In this document: piece by piece, positions 20,105 through 29,855 of the stretch | How positions within the stretch are numbered: the stretch's first letter is position 1 | How the letters are laid out: each line of letters opens with the position of its first letter | Origin: Candidatus Rokuibacteriota bacterium | GTDB lineage: Bacteria > Methylomirabilota > Methylomirabilia > Rokubacteriales > DASRDR01 | NCBI GenBank assembly: GCA_044866005.1 | Contig: JBIOTN010000189.1 | Location: 1 to 36,149, forward strand | Direction: 5' to 3' | DNA length: 36,149 bases | The notes under the pieces: generated by a model | Told to the model about the DNA's origin: nothing | Seen by the model: only the letters and a program-made list of their open reading frames with translations | Databases searched by the model: none | Program-made: the position numbers and the translations under genes

Positions 20105-21730
20105 GTGCCCAAGCTGACGATCGACGGGAAGCCGGTCGAGGTGGAGCCGGGGACCAACCTGATCGAGGCGGCACGCCGGGTCGGGATCGAGATCCCGCAC
20201 TACTGCTACCACCCCGCGCTCTCCATCGCCGGCGCCTGCCGTCTCTGCATGGTGGACATCGAGAAGGCCCCGCGCCCGACCATCGCGTGCAACACGGTCG
20301 CCACCGACGGCATGGTCGTCCAGACCCAGACGCCGCGCGTGCTGGAGAGCCACCGCTCGGTCATGGAGTGGCACCTCGTCAACCACCCGCTGGACTGCCC
20401 CGTGTGCGATCAGGCGGGCGAGTGCTGGCTCCAGATCTACTACATGCAGCACGGCCTCTACGAGCCCCGGGTGATCGACGACAAGGTGCACAAGCCCAAG
20501 GCCGTGCCCCTCGGACCGTACGTGATGCTGGACGCCGAGCGCTGCATCCTCTGCTCCCGCTGCGTCCGCTTCTGCGACGAGATCACGAAGACGGGGGAGC
20601 TCGGCATCTTCAACCGGGGTGACCACTCGGAGATCGGGCTCTTTCCGGGGACGACGCTCGACAACCGCTATTCGGGGAACGTCATCGACGTCTGCCCGGT
20701 CGGCGCCCTCACCGACCGCGACTTCCGCTTCCGGGTGCGGGTGTGGTACCTGGACCGGGGCAAGTCGGTGTGCCCGGGATGCGCCCGCGGGTGCAACACC
20801 GAGGTGCACACGAATACCCGGCGGCTCCACCAATCGCGCGGCCGGCGCGTGGCCCGGCTCAAGCCGCGGTTCAACGCCGAGGTCAACCGCTGGTGGATGT
20901 GCGACGAAGGCCGCTACGGCTTCCACGACCTCGACGCGCCGACGCGCCAGCTGCTCCCCGAGATCCGCGCGGCCGGCGTGCGTCGGCCGGTAGCGTGGCC
21001 GGACCTCCTGGCCACGCTCGCCGAGCGCGTGCTCGCGGCCGGGCCCGAGGGCGCGGGCGTGCTGCTCTCCCCACGGATGTCGAACGAGGACCTCTGGCTC
21101 GCGCGCCGCCTGTTCGTGGACACCCTGGGTCTCCATCACGTGGATTTCCGCGTCCCGCCGCGACGGCCGGGGTTCCAGGACGACTTCCTCATCCGTGCCG
21201 ACAAGAACCCCAACACGCGGGGCGCCGAGCTGATCGGCTGCGCGCATGGTGGCGGCGCGGACGCGGGGCCGCTCCTGGCTGCGGCGCGCGCGGGCCGGCT
21301 CGCCGTCCTGTGGGTGTTCGGCCACGACCTCTTCGACTCGGGCTGGCCGGAGGCGGAGGTGCAGGCGGCGCTCCGGGCGGTGCGGTGCCTCATCGTCCAG
21401 GGGCCGAACGCGAACCGGACGAGCGAACGCGCCGACGTCCTCGTCCCGAGCGCGGCCTACGTGGAGCGCGAGGGCACGTTCACGAACTTCGAGGGCCGGG
21501 TCCAGCGCTTCTGGAAGTGCGTGGAGCCGCTGGGCGAAGCGCGCGCCGACTGGGAGATCCTCGCCGACCTGGCCCGCGCCCTCGGCCACGAGTGGCGGCC
21601 GGCGCGGGCGGAGCACGTCTTCCGGGAGCTGGCCTCCGCGGTCCCCGCGTTCGCGGGGCTCAGCTACCGGGGCCTCGGCGATCACGGGGCGCTCGTCGCC
21701 GCGGAGACGGCGAGCGAGGCGGGCCGCTGA
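20105..21730 (+). CDS. nuoG: NADH-quinone oxidoreductase subunit G (short form, 541 aa)
   Basis: CYHP..AGACRLC (N1b), NHPLDCPVCDQAGEC (N5), CILCSRC..CPVGAL (N4), CPGCARGC..C (N7), EREGTFTNFEGRVQ. GTG start at 20105. Confidence 0.92.
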   Translation: MPKLTIDGKPVEVEPGTNLIEAARRVGIEIPHYCYHPALSIAGACRLCMVDIEKAPRPTIACNTVATDGMVVQTQTPRVLESHRSVMEWHLVNHPLDCPVCDQAGECWLQIYYMQHGLYEPRVIDDKVHKPKAVPLGPYVMLDAERCILCSRCVRFCDEITKTGELGIFNRGDHSEIGLFPGTTLDNRYSGNVIDVCPVGALTDRDFRFRVRVWYLDRGKSVCPGCARGCNTEVHTNTRRLHQSRGRRVARLKPRFNAEVNRWWMCDEGRYGFHDLDAPTRQLLPEIRAAGVRRPVAWPDLLATLAERVLAAGPEGAGVLLSPRMSNEDLWLARRLFVDTLGLHHVDFRVPPRRPGFQDDFLIRADKNPNTRGAELIGCAHGGGADAGPLLAAARAGRLAVLWVFGHDLFDSGWPEAEVQAALRAVRCLIVQGPNANRTSERADVLVPSAAYVEREGTFTNFEGRVQRFWKCVEPLGEARADWEILADLARALGHEWRPARAEHVFRELASAVPAFAGLSYRGLGDHGALVAAETASEAGR

Positions 21731-21787
21731 CGTGACCGCCCGGACCGTGCCAGCCATGTCGGGCCATCCGGCGCGGAGGGCCTGGCC

Positions 21788-22873
21788 GTGAGCGCCACGC
21801 TGGGCGAGCTCGGGATCGCCTTCGCCAAGGTCGCCTTCGTCATGGGGTTCGTCCTCAACCTCGGCGGTCTCATGACCTGGGTCGAGCGCAAGCAATCGGC
21901 GATCATGCAGGACCGGGTGGGGGCGAACCGCGCGTCGATCCTGGGCCTCCGGCTGATCGGCCTGTTCCACCCGTTGGCCGACGCGCTCAAGATGCTCACC
22001 AAGGAAGACTTCATCCCCGCGCGGGCGGACCGCGCGCTCTTCCTGGCGGCGCCCTTCCTGTCGGTGTTCTTCGCGCTGGCGGGCTTCGCCACGATCCCCT
22101 TCGGGGACGTCCTGCGGGTCGGCGGCCGCGAGGTGTCGCTCCAGGCGGTGCAGCTCAACGCCGGCATCCTCTACGTGTTCGCCATGCTGTCCATGGGCGT
22201 GTACGGCGTGATGCTGGCCGGCTGGGCCTCCGCGAACAACTACGCCCTGCTGGGCGGCCAGCGCGCCGCCGCGCTCATGATCTCGGCGGAGGTCGCGATC
22301 GGCGCGTCCATCATGGGCGTGTGCATGGTCTACGGCTCGCTCGACCTCCAGGAGATCGCGCGCGGACAGGGCGCCTACTGGGGCGGCATCGTCCCGCAGT
22401 GGGGCCTCTTCACGCAGCCCCTCGGCCTCGTCCTCTTCCTCACCGCGGGCATCGCGTCCACGAAGCGGATCCCCTTCGATTTCCCGGAGGGCGAGTCCGA
22501 GATCATCGGCTACTTCGTCGAGTACAGCGGGATGAAGTTCGGGATGTTCATGATGGCCGACTTCGTCGAGACGGTGGTGATCGCGGGCATGACCACGGCG
22601 CTGTTCCTGGGCGGCTGGCAAGTGCCGTGGCTCTTCGCCGACGGCTTCCACTTCCCGGGCGGGCTCGTCTGGAGTCTGCCGCACCTGGCCGTCGTGCTGC
22701 TCCAGGTCGGCGCCTTCGTCTTCAAGGTCGTAGTCATGTGCTGGTTCCTCATGCTGGTCCGCTGGACCCTGCCGCGATTCCGGTACGACCAGGCCATGCG
22801 GCTCGGGTGGCTCGCCCTGCTCCCGCTGTCGGTCCTCAACATCGTGCTGACCGCCGCGGTCCTCCTGCTCTAG
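21788..22873 (+). CDS. nuoH: NADH-quinone oxidoreductase subunit H
   Basis: ERK..A..QDRVG, ADALKMLTKE, PFDFPEGESE, EYSG, RWTLPRFRYDQ. Confidence 0.96.
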   Translation: MSATLGELGIAFAKVAFVMGFVLNLGGLMTWVERKQSAIMQDRVGANRASILGLRLIGLFHPLADALKMLTKEDFIPARADRALFLAAPFLSVFFALAGFATIPFGDVLRVGGREVSLQAVQLNAGILYVFAMLSMGVYGVMLAGWASANNYALLGGQRAAALMISAEVAIGASIMGVCMVYGSLDLQEIARGQGAYWGGIVPQWGLFTQPLGLVLFLTAGIASTKRIPFDFPEGESEIIGYFVEYSGMKFGMFMMADFVETVVIAGMTTALFLGGWQVPWLFADGFHFPGGLVWSLPHLAVVLLQVGAFVFKVVVMCWFLMLVRWTLPRFRYDQAMRLGWLALLPLSVLNIVLTAAVLLL

Positions 22874-22890
22874 GCGCGCGGCATCGCGAC

Positions 22891-23460
22891 ATGGCGACGC
22901 TCACGCCCTTCCCGGTTCGCCGCCACGCCCCGGCATCGGCCCGCCAGCGCTTCTATCTCGTCGAGGTGCTGGTCGGGCTCGCCGTCACCGCGACGCACTT
23001 CTTCCGCAACATGGGGCGGTGGCTCCGGGGGCGGAAGGGGGCCGTGACCTACCAGTGGCCGGAGGAGCGCCGCCCGCTCGCCCCGCGGCTCAGGAGCCTC
23101 CACCGCCTCGTCCGGCGCGAGGACGGCTCGCCGCGGTGCGTGGCCTGCATGATGTGCGAGACGGTCTGTCCCGCGCACTGCATCTACATCGTGGCCGCGG
23201 AGCACCCCAACCCGGACATCGAGAAGTACCCCGAGCGCTTCGACATCGACCTCGGGAAGTGCGTGTTCTGCGGCTACTGCGTGGAGGCGTGCCCGGAGGA
23301 CGCGATCCGGATGGACACCGGCATCCTGGAGTTCTCGGCGTACAGCCGCGAGGGCATGATCTATTCGAAGGAAGTCCTGCTGGCGCTGGAGCCGGCCGGG
23401 GCGGACGGTTTGCCGACCGCGACGCCACCGGTGGAGCTCGTCCGACGGGGGCTGGCGTAG
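22891..23460 (+). CDS. nuoI: NADH-quinone oxidoreductase subunit I (2x[4Fe-4S])
   Basis: [32 protein letters not shown]. Confidence 0.95.
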   Translation: MATLTPFPVRRHAPASARQRFYLVEVLVGLAVTATHFFRNMGRWLRGRKGAVTYQWPEERRPLAPRLRSLHRLVRREDGSPRCVACMMCETVCPAHCIYIVAAEHPNPDIEKYPERFDIDLGKCVFCGYCVEACPEDAIRMDTGILEFSAYSREGMIYSKEVLLALEPAGADGLPTATPPVELVRRGLA

Positions 23461-23951
23461 TGGGCTGGGTCGCTTTCGGGATCGTGGCGGCGTGCGCGGT
23501 GGCCTCGGCGGTCGGTCTCGTCCTCCGCCCGAACCCGCTGCACGGCGCCCTCTTCCTGGTCGGCAACCTCTTCTGCGTCGCGGTGCTGTACCTCATGCTG
23601 CGGGCCGAGTTCCTGGCCCTCGTGCAGGTCATCGTGTACGCTGGCGCGATCATGGTGCTGTTCATCTTCGCGATCATGCTGTTGATTCCGGGCAAGGCGG
23701 AGGCCGGGCCGGATCCGCTGGCGCGCCAGCGGCTCCTGGCCCTTCCGTTCGCCGGCCTGCTGGGGCTGATCGTGGTCCTCGTGCTGCCGCGCGCCGGCAC
23801 GCGCCAGGCCGCGCCGGCCGAGGCGGTCGGCGTGCAGACCGTCGGCGGTCTGCTCTTCACCGAGTATCTGGTCCCGTTCGAGGTGACGTCGGTGCTGCTG
23901 CTGGCGGCGCTCGTCGGCGCCCTCGTGCTGGCGAAGCGACGGCCGACGTAG
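23460..23951 (+). CDS. nuoJ: NADH-quinone oxidoreductase subunit J
   Basis: [45 protein letters not shown] start overlaps the nuoI stop. Confidence 0.94.
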   Translation: MGWVAFGIVAACAVASAVGLVLRPNPLHGALFLVGNLFCVAVLYLMLRAEFLALVQVIVYAGAIMVLFIFAIMLLIPGKAEAGPDPLARQRLLALPFAGLLGLIVVLVLPRAGTRQAAPAEAVGVQTVGGLLFTEYLVPFEVTSVLLLAALVGALVLAKRRPT

Positions 23952-23953
23952 CC

Positions 23954-24256
23954 ATGGTGCCGCCGATCTACTACGCCGCGCTCTCCGCCGTGCTCTTCAC
24001 CATCGGCGCCATCGGCGTCCTGGTGCGGCGCAATCCCCTCGTCATCTTCATGTCCATCGAGTTGATGCTGAACGCGGCGAACCTCGCGTTCGTCGCCTTC
24101 GGCGCGGCCCGGGGCGCGTCGGACGGGCAGATCATCGTATTCTTCGTGATGACGGTGGCGGCGGCGGAAGTGGCCGTCGGGCTGGCGATCATCGTAGCGA
24201 TCTTCCGGGCACGTTACCGGATCAGCGTCGACGATCTCTCGCTGATGCGGTGGTGA
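23954..24256 (+). CDS. nuoK: NADH-quinone oxidoreductase subunit K
   Basis: [17 protein letters not shown] and [11 protein letters not shown], retaining both conserved glutamates. Confidence 0.96.
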   Translation: MVPPIYYAALSAVLFTIGAIGVLVRRNPLVIFMSIELMLNAANLAFVAFGAARGASDGQIIVFFVMTVAAAEVAVGLAIIVAIFRARYRISVDDLSLMRW

Positions 24257-24280
24257 GCGTGCCGGCGCGGGAGGCCTGAC

Positions 24281-25288
24281 GTGGCGACGGAGAACAAGGG
24301 CGCGGGGGCCAAGGGGGGCGAGGGCCGGCGCGACGGCAAGCTGGGCCGGGACCTCCTGGCCCAGATGCTGCTCATCCGGCGGTTCGAGGAGAAGGCCGCC
24401 GAGATGTACGCTCTCGGCAAGATCGGCGGCTTCCTCCACCTCTACATCGGCCAGGAGGCCGTGGCGGTGGGCGCCATCTCGATGCTCCGGCCGGATGACT
24501 ACGTGATCGCGGGGTACCGCGAGCACGGCCACGCTCTGGCCCGGGGCTCCGATCCGCGGCGGGTCATGGCGGAGCTCTTCGGGCGTCGCGACGGCGTGTC
24601 CAAGGGCAAGGGCGGCTCGATGCACCTCTTCGACCGCTCGGTGAACTTCCTGGGCGGCCACGCGATCGTCGGGGGCTACCTGCCCATCGCCACCGGCGTC
24701 GGCTTCGCCATCCGCTACGCGGAGCGCGACCAGGTGATTCTCTGCTTCTTCGGCGACGGCTCGGTGCCCCAGGGGGAGTTCCACGAGTCGCTCAACCTGG
24801 CGTCGCTGTGGAAGCTGCCCGTCGTCTTCATCTGCGAGAACAACCGGTATGCCATGGGGACCGCCATTCACCGGGCCCTCGCGCAGACCGAGATCTACCG
24901 CTTCGCGGAGGCGTACAAGATCCCGGGCGAGGCGTGCAACGGCATGGACGTCCTCGCGGTGCGGGAGTGTGTCGGGCGCGCGGTGGGCCGGGCCCGCGAA
25001 TCCAAGACGCCGACCCTCGTCGAGGCGCGGACCTACCGGTATCGTGGGCACTCCATGCGCGACCCCTCGGCGGCCGTCTACCGCACCAAGGACGAGGTCG
25101 AGCAGGAGAAGCTGCGGGATCCGATCACGGGCTTCCGGGACCAGCTGATCCGCGAAGGGGACCTGGACGAGGCCGGCTGGAAAGCGCTCGGGGAGGAGGT
25201 CGAGGCGCGGGTCGCCGAAGCCGCCGCCTTCGCCGACGCGTCGCCGGAGCCGCCGGCCGAGTGGCTCCACGCGGATGTCTACGCGTAG
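24281..25288 (+). CDS. pdhA: Pyruvate dehydrogenase E1 alpha subunit
   Basis: GKIGGFLHLYIGQEA, GKGGSMH, TPP motif GDG...ENN, TYRYRGHSM.DP. Confidence 0.93.
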   Translation: MATENKGAGAKGGEGRRDGKLGRDLLAQMLLIRRFEEKAAEMYALGKIGGFLHLYIGQEAVAVGAISMLRPDDYVIAGYREHGHALARGSDPRRVMAELFGRRDGVSKGKGGSMHLFDRSVNFLGGHAIVGGYLPIATGVGFAIRYAERDQVILCFFGDGSVPQGEFHESLNLASLWKLPVVFICENNRYAMGTAIHRALAQTEIYRFAEAYKIPGEACNGMDVLAVRECVGRAVGRARESKTPTLVEARTYRYRGHSMRDPSAAVYRTKDEVEQEKLRDPITGFRDQLIREGDLDEAGWKALGEEVEARVAEAAAFADASPEPPAEWLHADVYA

Positions 25289-25306
25289 GGCAGGAGGGGC
25301 GGGGCT

Positions 25307-26293
25307 ATGGGCGTGATCACGTACCGGGACGCGCTGAACCACGCGCTCCGTGAAGAGATGGAGCGGGACGATCGCGTCTTTCTGATGGGAGAGGAGGTCG
25401 GCGTCTACGGCGGCGCCTACAAGGTGAGCCAGGGCCTCCTCGAGAAGTTCGGTGAGCGCCGGGTCATCGACACGCCCATCTGCGAGTCCGGTTTCACGGG
25501 AGTCGGCATCGGCGCCGCGATGGCGGGGCTCCGACCGGTCATCGAGATGATGACGTTCAATTTCGCGCTGCTGGCGCTGGACCAGATCGTGAACCACGCG
25601 GCGAAGCTCCACTACATGTCGGGCGGCCAGTTCACCGTGCCGCTCGTCGTGCGGGGGCCCGGCGGGCCGGCCCATCAGCTCGCGGCGCAGCACTCCCAGT
25701 CCATGGAGACGTACTTCTATCACGTGCCTGGACTGAAGGTGGTCCGTCCCACGACGCCCCGGGACGCCAAGGGCCTGCTCAAGAGCTCGATCCGGGACGA
25801 CAACCCGGTGATCTTCATCGAGTCGGAGACGCTCTACGGCGTGAAAGGCGAGGTGCCCGAGGACGCGGACTTCGTCATCCCGCTCGGCGTCGCGGAAGTC
25901 AAGCGCGAGGGGCGCGACGTCACGGTGGTCGCCTACTCGGGGATGTACTACCGCGTGCTCGAAGCCGCCGAGGAGGTCGAGCAGCGGGACGGCATCTCGG
26001 TCGAGATCGTGGATCCCCGCACGCTCCGACCCATGGACACGGAGACGATCCTGGCCTCGGTCCGGAAGACCCACCGGGCGCTGGTCGCGGAGTCGGGGGC
26101 GGGGTTCGCGGGCATGGGCTCCGAGATCGCGGCCTTCATCACCGAGAGCGCGTTCGACGACCTGGACGCCCCGGTCTTTCGCGTCACCGGGGCGAACGCC
26201 CCGATGCCGTACGCCAGGAATCTGGAACGACTGAAGACCCCGTCCAAAGAGAAGATCGTGGAGGGGCTGCGCAGGGTGTGCGGCGTCCTGTGA
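25307..26293 (+). CDS. pdhB: Pyruvate dehydrogenase E1 beta subunit
   Basis: GEEVG.Y.GAYKVS, DTPICE, MTFNF, AAQHSQ. Confidence 0.93.
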   Translation: MGVITYRDALNHALREEMERDDRVFLMGEEVGVYGGAYKVSQGLLEKFGERRVIDTPICESGFTGVGIGAAMAGLRPVIEMMTFNFALLALDQIVNHAAKLHYMSGGQFTVPLVVRGPGGPAHQLAAQHSQSMETYFYHVPGLKVVRPTTPRDAKGLLKSSIRDDNPVIFIESETLYGVKGEVPEDADFVIPLGVAEVKREGRDVTVVAYSGMYYRVLEAAEEVEQRDGISVEIVDPRTLRPMDTETILASVRKTHRALVAESGAGFAGMGSEIAAFITESAFDDLDAPVFRVTGANAPMPYARNLERLKTPSKEKIVEGLRRVCGVL

Positions 26294-26335
26294 GCGGATG
26301 AGCCGGGCCGACGACCGGGGACGGAGGAAGCCTCG

Positions 26336-27739
26336 ATGGCTATCACGAAGGTGGTGATGCCGAAGCTGTCGGAAGCGATGGAAACCGGAAAGCTCCTGCG
26401 GTGGCTCAAGCAGGAAGGCGACCGGGTCGCGGGTGGTGACATCATCGCCGAGATCGAGACCGACAAGGCCGACATCGAGCTCGAGGCCTTCGGCGGGGGC
26501 GTCCTCCGCAAGCTCCTGGTGGCGCCGGGCGCGACGGTGCCGGTCGGCAACGTGATCGCGGTCATCGCCGAGCCGCACGAGGACATCGCGGCCGCCGTGG
26601 GGGGAGCCGGCCCCGCGGCCCCGCCCGCCGGGGCCCCGCCCCGCGAGGCTCCACGGGCGGCGGCGGCGCCCCCGAGCGCCCAGCCGGCCGCGGCGGCGAC
26701 GGTGCCGACGGCGCCCTCGGTCGGAGCGCAGGATGCCCGGCGCGCGCCGGCCGCCGTGGCGCCCGCGACGGGCACGCCGGCCCCCTCCGCGCCCGCCCCC
26801 GCCGAGGAAGAAGAGGAGGCGGCGCCGGCGGCCGGGCGGCTGCGCGCCTCGCCGCTCGCCCGGAAGCTCGCCCAGAAGGCCGGCGTCGACCTCGCGCTGA
26901 TCAAGGGTACGGGTCCGGGTGGTCGGATCATCCAGCGCGACATCGAGACGTTCGTCGCGGGTCGGCCGGCGGCCGAGGAGCGGCCCGCCGCAGCCCCGCC
27001 CGCCGCGCCCGCGCGTCCCTCCGTCCCGCCCCGTCCCACGATCGTGCGGCCGACGGCCGAATACGAAGACCAGCCGCTGAGCCAGATCCGCGCCGCCATC
27101 GCCCGGCAGATGACCCAGTCCAAGGCCCCCGTCCCGCACTTCTACCTGACCACCGAGCTGGCGATGGAGCGGGCCGTGGCGCTGCGCGAGGAGCTTCAGG
27201 CCCTGCCCGGCGCGCCCAAGCTGACCTTCACCGACCTGATCGTCCGCGCGTGCGCGCTGACCCTCACCAAACACCCCGGGGTCAACGCGACGTTTCAGGG
27301 ACAGGCGGTCCGCCGGTACCGCGCCGCTCACATCGGCATCGCGGTGGCGCTCGACGAGGGCCTCATCACGCCCGTCCTGCGCGACTGTGACCAGAAGGGC
27401 CTCTTCCAGATCGCCACCGAGGCGCGCGACCTCGTCGAGCGTGCCCGCCAGCGGAAGCTCCGCGCCAACGAGCTGACGGGAGCGACCTTCTCCGTGTCCA
27501 ACCTCGGCATGTTCCCCGTCGATGAGTTCTCGGCCATCATCAACCCGCCCGAGGGCGCCATCCTCGCCGTCGGGGCGATTCTCGACAAACCCGTGGTGGT
27601 GGATGGTCAGCTCGCCGTGGGCAAGCGCATGCGCGTGACGCTCTCCTGCGACCATCGCGTGATGGACGGGGCGATGGGGGCCCGGTTCCTCGGCGATTTC
27701 AAGGCCCTGCTCGAGCTCCCGCTGGGGTTGCTGGTGTAG
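26336..27739 (+). CDS. pdhC: Dihydrolipoamide acetyltransferase E2 (one lipoyl domain)
   Basis: Lipoyl motif ETDKA, Ala/Pro-rich linker, E3-binding ASPLARKLA..GTGPGGRI, catalytic SNLGM and DHRVMDG. Confidence 0.94.
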   Translation: MAITKVVMPKLSEAMETGKLLRWLKQEGDRVAGGDIIAEIETDKADIELEAFGGGVLRKLLVAPGATVPVGNVIAVIAEPHEDIAAAVGGAGPAAPPAGAPPREAPRAAAAPPSAQPAAAATVPTAPSVGAQDARRAPAAVAPATGTPAPSAPAPAEEEEEAAPAAGRLRASPLARKLAQKAGVDLALIKGTGPGGRIIQRDIETFVAGRPAAEERPAAAPPAAPARPSVPPRPTIVRPTAEYEDQPLSQIRAAIARQMTQSKAPVPHFYLTTELAMERAVALREELQALPGAPKLTFTDLIVRACALTLTKHPGVNATFQGQAVRRYRAAHIGIAVALDEGLITPVLRDCDQKGLFQIATEARDLVERARQRKLRANELTGATFSVSNLGMFPVDEFSAIINPPEGAILAVGAILDKPVVVDGQLAVGKRMRVTLSCDHRVMDGAMGARFLGDFKALLELPLGLLV

Positions 27740-27854
27740 TCGGGATCCATGATGCGCGCCCAGAACGCCTCGGGGTGCCTCCGACCAGGCCAGGACCGTG
27801 TGGGAGCAAGCGAGGCCTCGAGACACGTCGTCGGCCCGTCGGGGCAGCCGCCGG

Positions 27855-27895
27855 GCGGCGGCTCTGGCCGCCGCGACGGTGGGGGGGAAGACTAG
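27855..27895 (+). repeat. Truncated REP-like repeat in the pdhC-lpdA spacer
   Basis: GCGGCGGC-TCTG-GCCGCCGC-GACGGTGGGGGGG..CTAG parallels copy a (GCGGCGGC-TTC-GCCGCCGC-AACGGCGGGGGGG..CTAG); it ends 3 bp before the lpdA ATG. Confidence 0.6.
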
Positions 27896-27898
27896 CCG

Positions 27899-29299
27899 AT
27901 GGCGACGCAGCGGTTCGACGTCCTCATCGTCGGCGCGGGCCCGGGCGGCTACGTCGGGGCGATCCGGGCGGCCCAGCTCGGCCTGCGCGCGGCCGTCGTG
28001 GAGGCCGATCGGCCGGGGGGGATCTGCCTCAACTGGGGCTGCATCCCGACCAAGGCCCTTCTGCGGAACGCCGAGGTCCTCCAGCTCTTCCAGCGCGCGG
28101 AGGAGTTCGGCGTGAGCGTCGACCGGCTACGCGCCGACTATGCGGTCGCCTACCGCCGGAGCCGCCAGGTCGCCGACCGCATGGCGCGGGGTGTCGAGTT
28201 CCTCTTCCGGAAGAACAAGGTCGCGACGTTCCCGGGCCGAGGCGAGCTCCTGGGGTCGGGCGCGGTGCGGGTGCACGCGACCCAGGGCGGCGGCAGTCAG
28301 ACCCTCGAGGCCCGCGCGGTGATCCTCGCCATGGGGGCGGAACCGAAGAGTCTCCCGGGCGTGACGATCGACGGGCAGCGGATCATCAGCTCGGACGAGG
28401 CCCTCCGGCTGGAGCGTCTGCCTGCCTCGGTGATCGTGATCGGCGCCGGCGCCGTCGGCATCGAGTTCGCCGACGTCTTCGCGGCCTACGGCGTCCAGGT
28501 CACCATCGTCGAGGCCCTCCCGCGGCTGCTCCCCCTGGAGGACGAGGAGATCTCGCGCCTCCTCACCCGCAGCTTCACCAAGCGGAAGATCGACATCCGC
28601 ACCGGCGCCACGGTGCAGGCGGTCAAGCCGGGCCCGGACGGGGTCCAGGTCGAGATCGAGCACGAAGGGAAGGCCGCGCGGCTGACCGCCGACCAGGTCC
28701 TGATGGCGGTCGGCCGCGGCGCGAAGACACGCGGGGCGGGGCTCGAGACCGCCGGCGTGCCGCTGGCGCGGGGCTTCGTCAAGGTGAACGCGCGGATGGA
28801 GACCGCGGTGGCGGGGGTCTACGCCATCGGGGACGTGGCCGGGCCACCGCTGCTCGCACACAAAGCCAGCGCGGAAGGGATCGTCGCGGCGGAGACGATC
28901 GCCGGGCGGGCCGCCCACGGCGTGGACTATCAGGCGGTGCCGAACTGCACCTACTGCCACCCCCAAGTCGCCAGCCTCGGGCTGACCGAGGCCCAGGCGC
29001 GTGAGCGCGGGCTGGCCATCCGCGTCGGGAAGTATCCATTCCAGGCGAACGGCAAGGCGCTGGCGCTCGCGGAGCCCGACGGCCTGGTCAAGATCGTCGC
29101 CGCGGCAGACACGGGCGAGATCCTCGGCGTCCACATCCTGGGGGCCGAAGCCACCGAGCTCATCGCCGAGTTCGGGCTGGGGAAGACCCTGGAAGCGACC
29201 GTCGAGGAGGTCGCGCGCACCATCCACGCCCATCCCACCATGTCGGAGGCCGTCATGGAGGCGGCCCTCGACGCCCTGGGCCAGGCGATCCACCTCTGA
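27899..29299 (+). CDS. lpdA: Dihydrolipoyl dehydrogenase E3
   Basis: GAGPGGY, redox-active GGICLNWGCIPTK, GAGAVGIE, HAHPTMSE. Confidence 0.97.
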   Translation: MATQRFDVLIVGAGPGGYVGAIRAAQLGLRAAVVEADRPGGICLNWGCIPTKALLRNAEVLQLFQRAEEFGVSVDRLRADYAVAYRRSRQVADRMARGVEFLFRKNKVATFPGRGELLGSGAVRVHATQGGGSQTLEARAVILAMGAEPKSLPGVTIDGQRIISSDEALRLERLPASVIVIGAGAVGIEFADVFAAYGVQVTIVEALPRLLPLEDEEISRLLTRSFTKRKIDIRTGATVQAVKPGPDGVQVEIEHEGKAARLTADQVLMAVGRGAKTRGAGLETAGVPLARGFVKVNARMETAVAGVYAIGDVAGPPLLAHKASAEGIVAAETIAGRAAHGVDYQAVPNCTYCHPQVASLGLTEAQARERGLAIRVGKYPFQANGKALALAEPDGLVKIVAAADTGEILGVHILGAEATELIAEFGLGKTLEATVEEVARTIHAHPTMSEAVMEAALDALGQAIHL

Positions 29300-29303
29300 T
29301 CGT

Positions 29304-29335
29304 CCGGAGGGGCCGCGACGGCCCCCTCCGATGCT
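29304..29335 (-). repeat. REP-like hairpin in reverse orientation after lpdA
   Basis: CGGAGGGGCC-GCGAC-GGCCCCCTCCGATGC; the 3' arm is the reverse complement of GCATCGGAGGGGG in copy d. Confidence 0.6.
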
Positions 29336-29367
29336 CTGAGCCGCGCGGGCGGGCCGGCGGCCACGAC

Positions 29368-29454
29368 CGCCCTCCGACCCCTGCGAGTCCGGGCGCCCGG
29401 GTCTGCGCCGGTCGGGGTCGTCCCTCAGCGGCCGGCGGGCGTCAGCGGAGGGCG
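29368..29454. other. Large GC-rich stem-loop between the convergent lpdA and ytxH-like genes (possible terminator or stability element)
   Basis: CGCCCTCCG (29368-29376) pairs with CGGAGGGCG (29446-29454); no U-tract on either strand. Confidence 0.35.
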
Positions 29455-29472
29455 AGTACCGTGTCGAGGCGC

Positions 29473-29844
29473 CTAGACGCCTTCCAGGGGCTCGTCCTTC
29501 CCGCGAAGCTTGGAGATCTCGTCCCGCATCGCGCTCCGCCCGGCTTCGAAGGCGGCGCGGAGCTGCGCCGACTTCTCCTCGACGACCTCGCGGCCCCGGC
29601 CGAGGTATTCCTGGGCCTTCACCTGGGCGTCTCCCATGGTCTCCTGGGCTCGGCGGGCGAACTCGGAGCCGCGCTCCTGTGCCCGGCGCGCGAAGTCCGT
29701 GCCCTTCTCGCGGAGCAGCTCGCGGGTCTCCATGCCGGTCCGCGGCGCCAGGAGCAGCGCGACCCCGGCCCCGATGATCGCCCCCACGGTGAGGAGCCCC
29801 AGAGCCCCGAGGAAGTTCAGATCGTCCCGTCGATCCTCCGCCAT
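29473..29844 (-). CDS. YtxH domain-containing protein
   Basis: GAIIGAGVALLLAPRTG.ETR signature followed by a charged helical region; RBS AGGAGG; paired with a DUF948-like gene. Confidence 0.88.
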   Translation of the reverse strand: MAEDRRDDLNFLGALGLLTVGAIIGAGVALLLAPRTGMETRELLREKGTDFARRAQERGSEFARRAQETMGDAQVKAQEYLGRGREVVEEKSAQLRAAFEAGRSAMRDEISKLRGKDEPLEGV

Positions 29845-29855
29845 GGTCCCGCCTC

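Noticed and set aside
26590..26830. Low-complexity Ala/Pro-rich segment in pdhC
   Set aside because: This is the normal flexible linker of E2 subunits.
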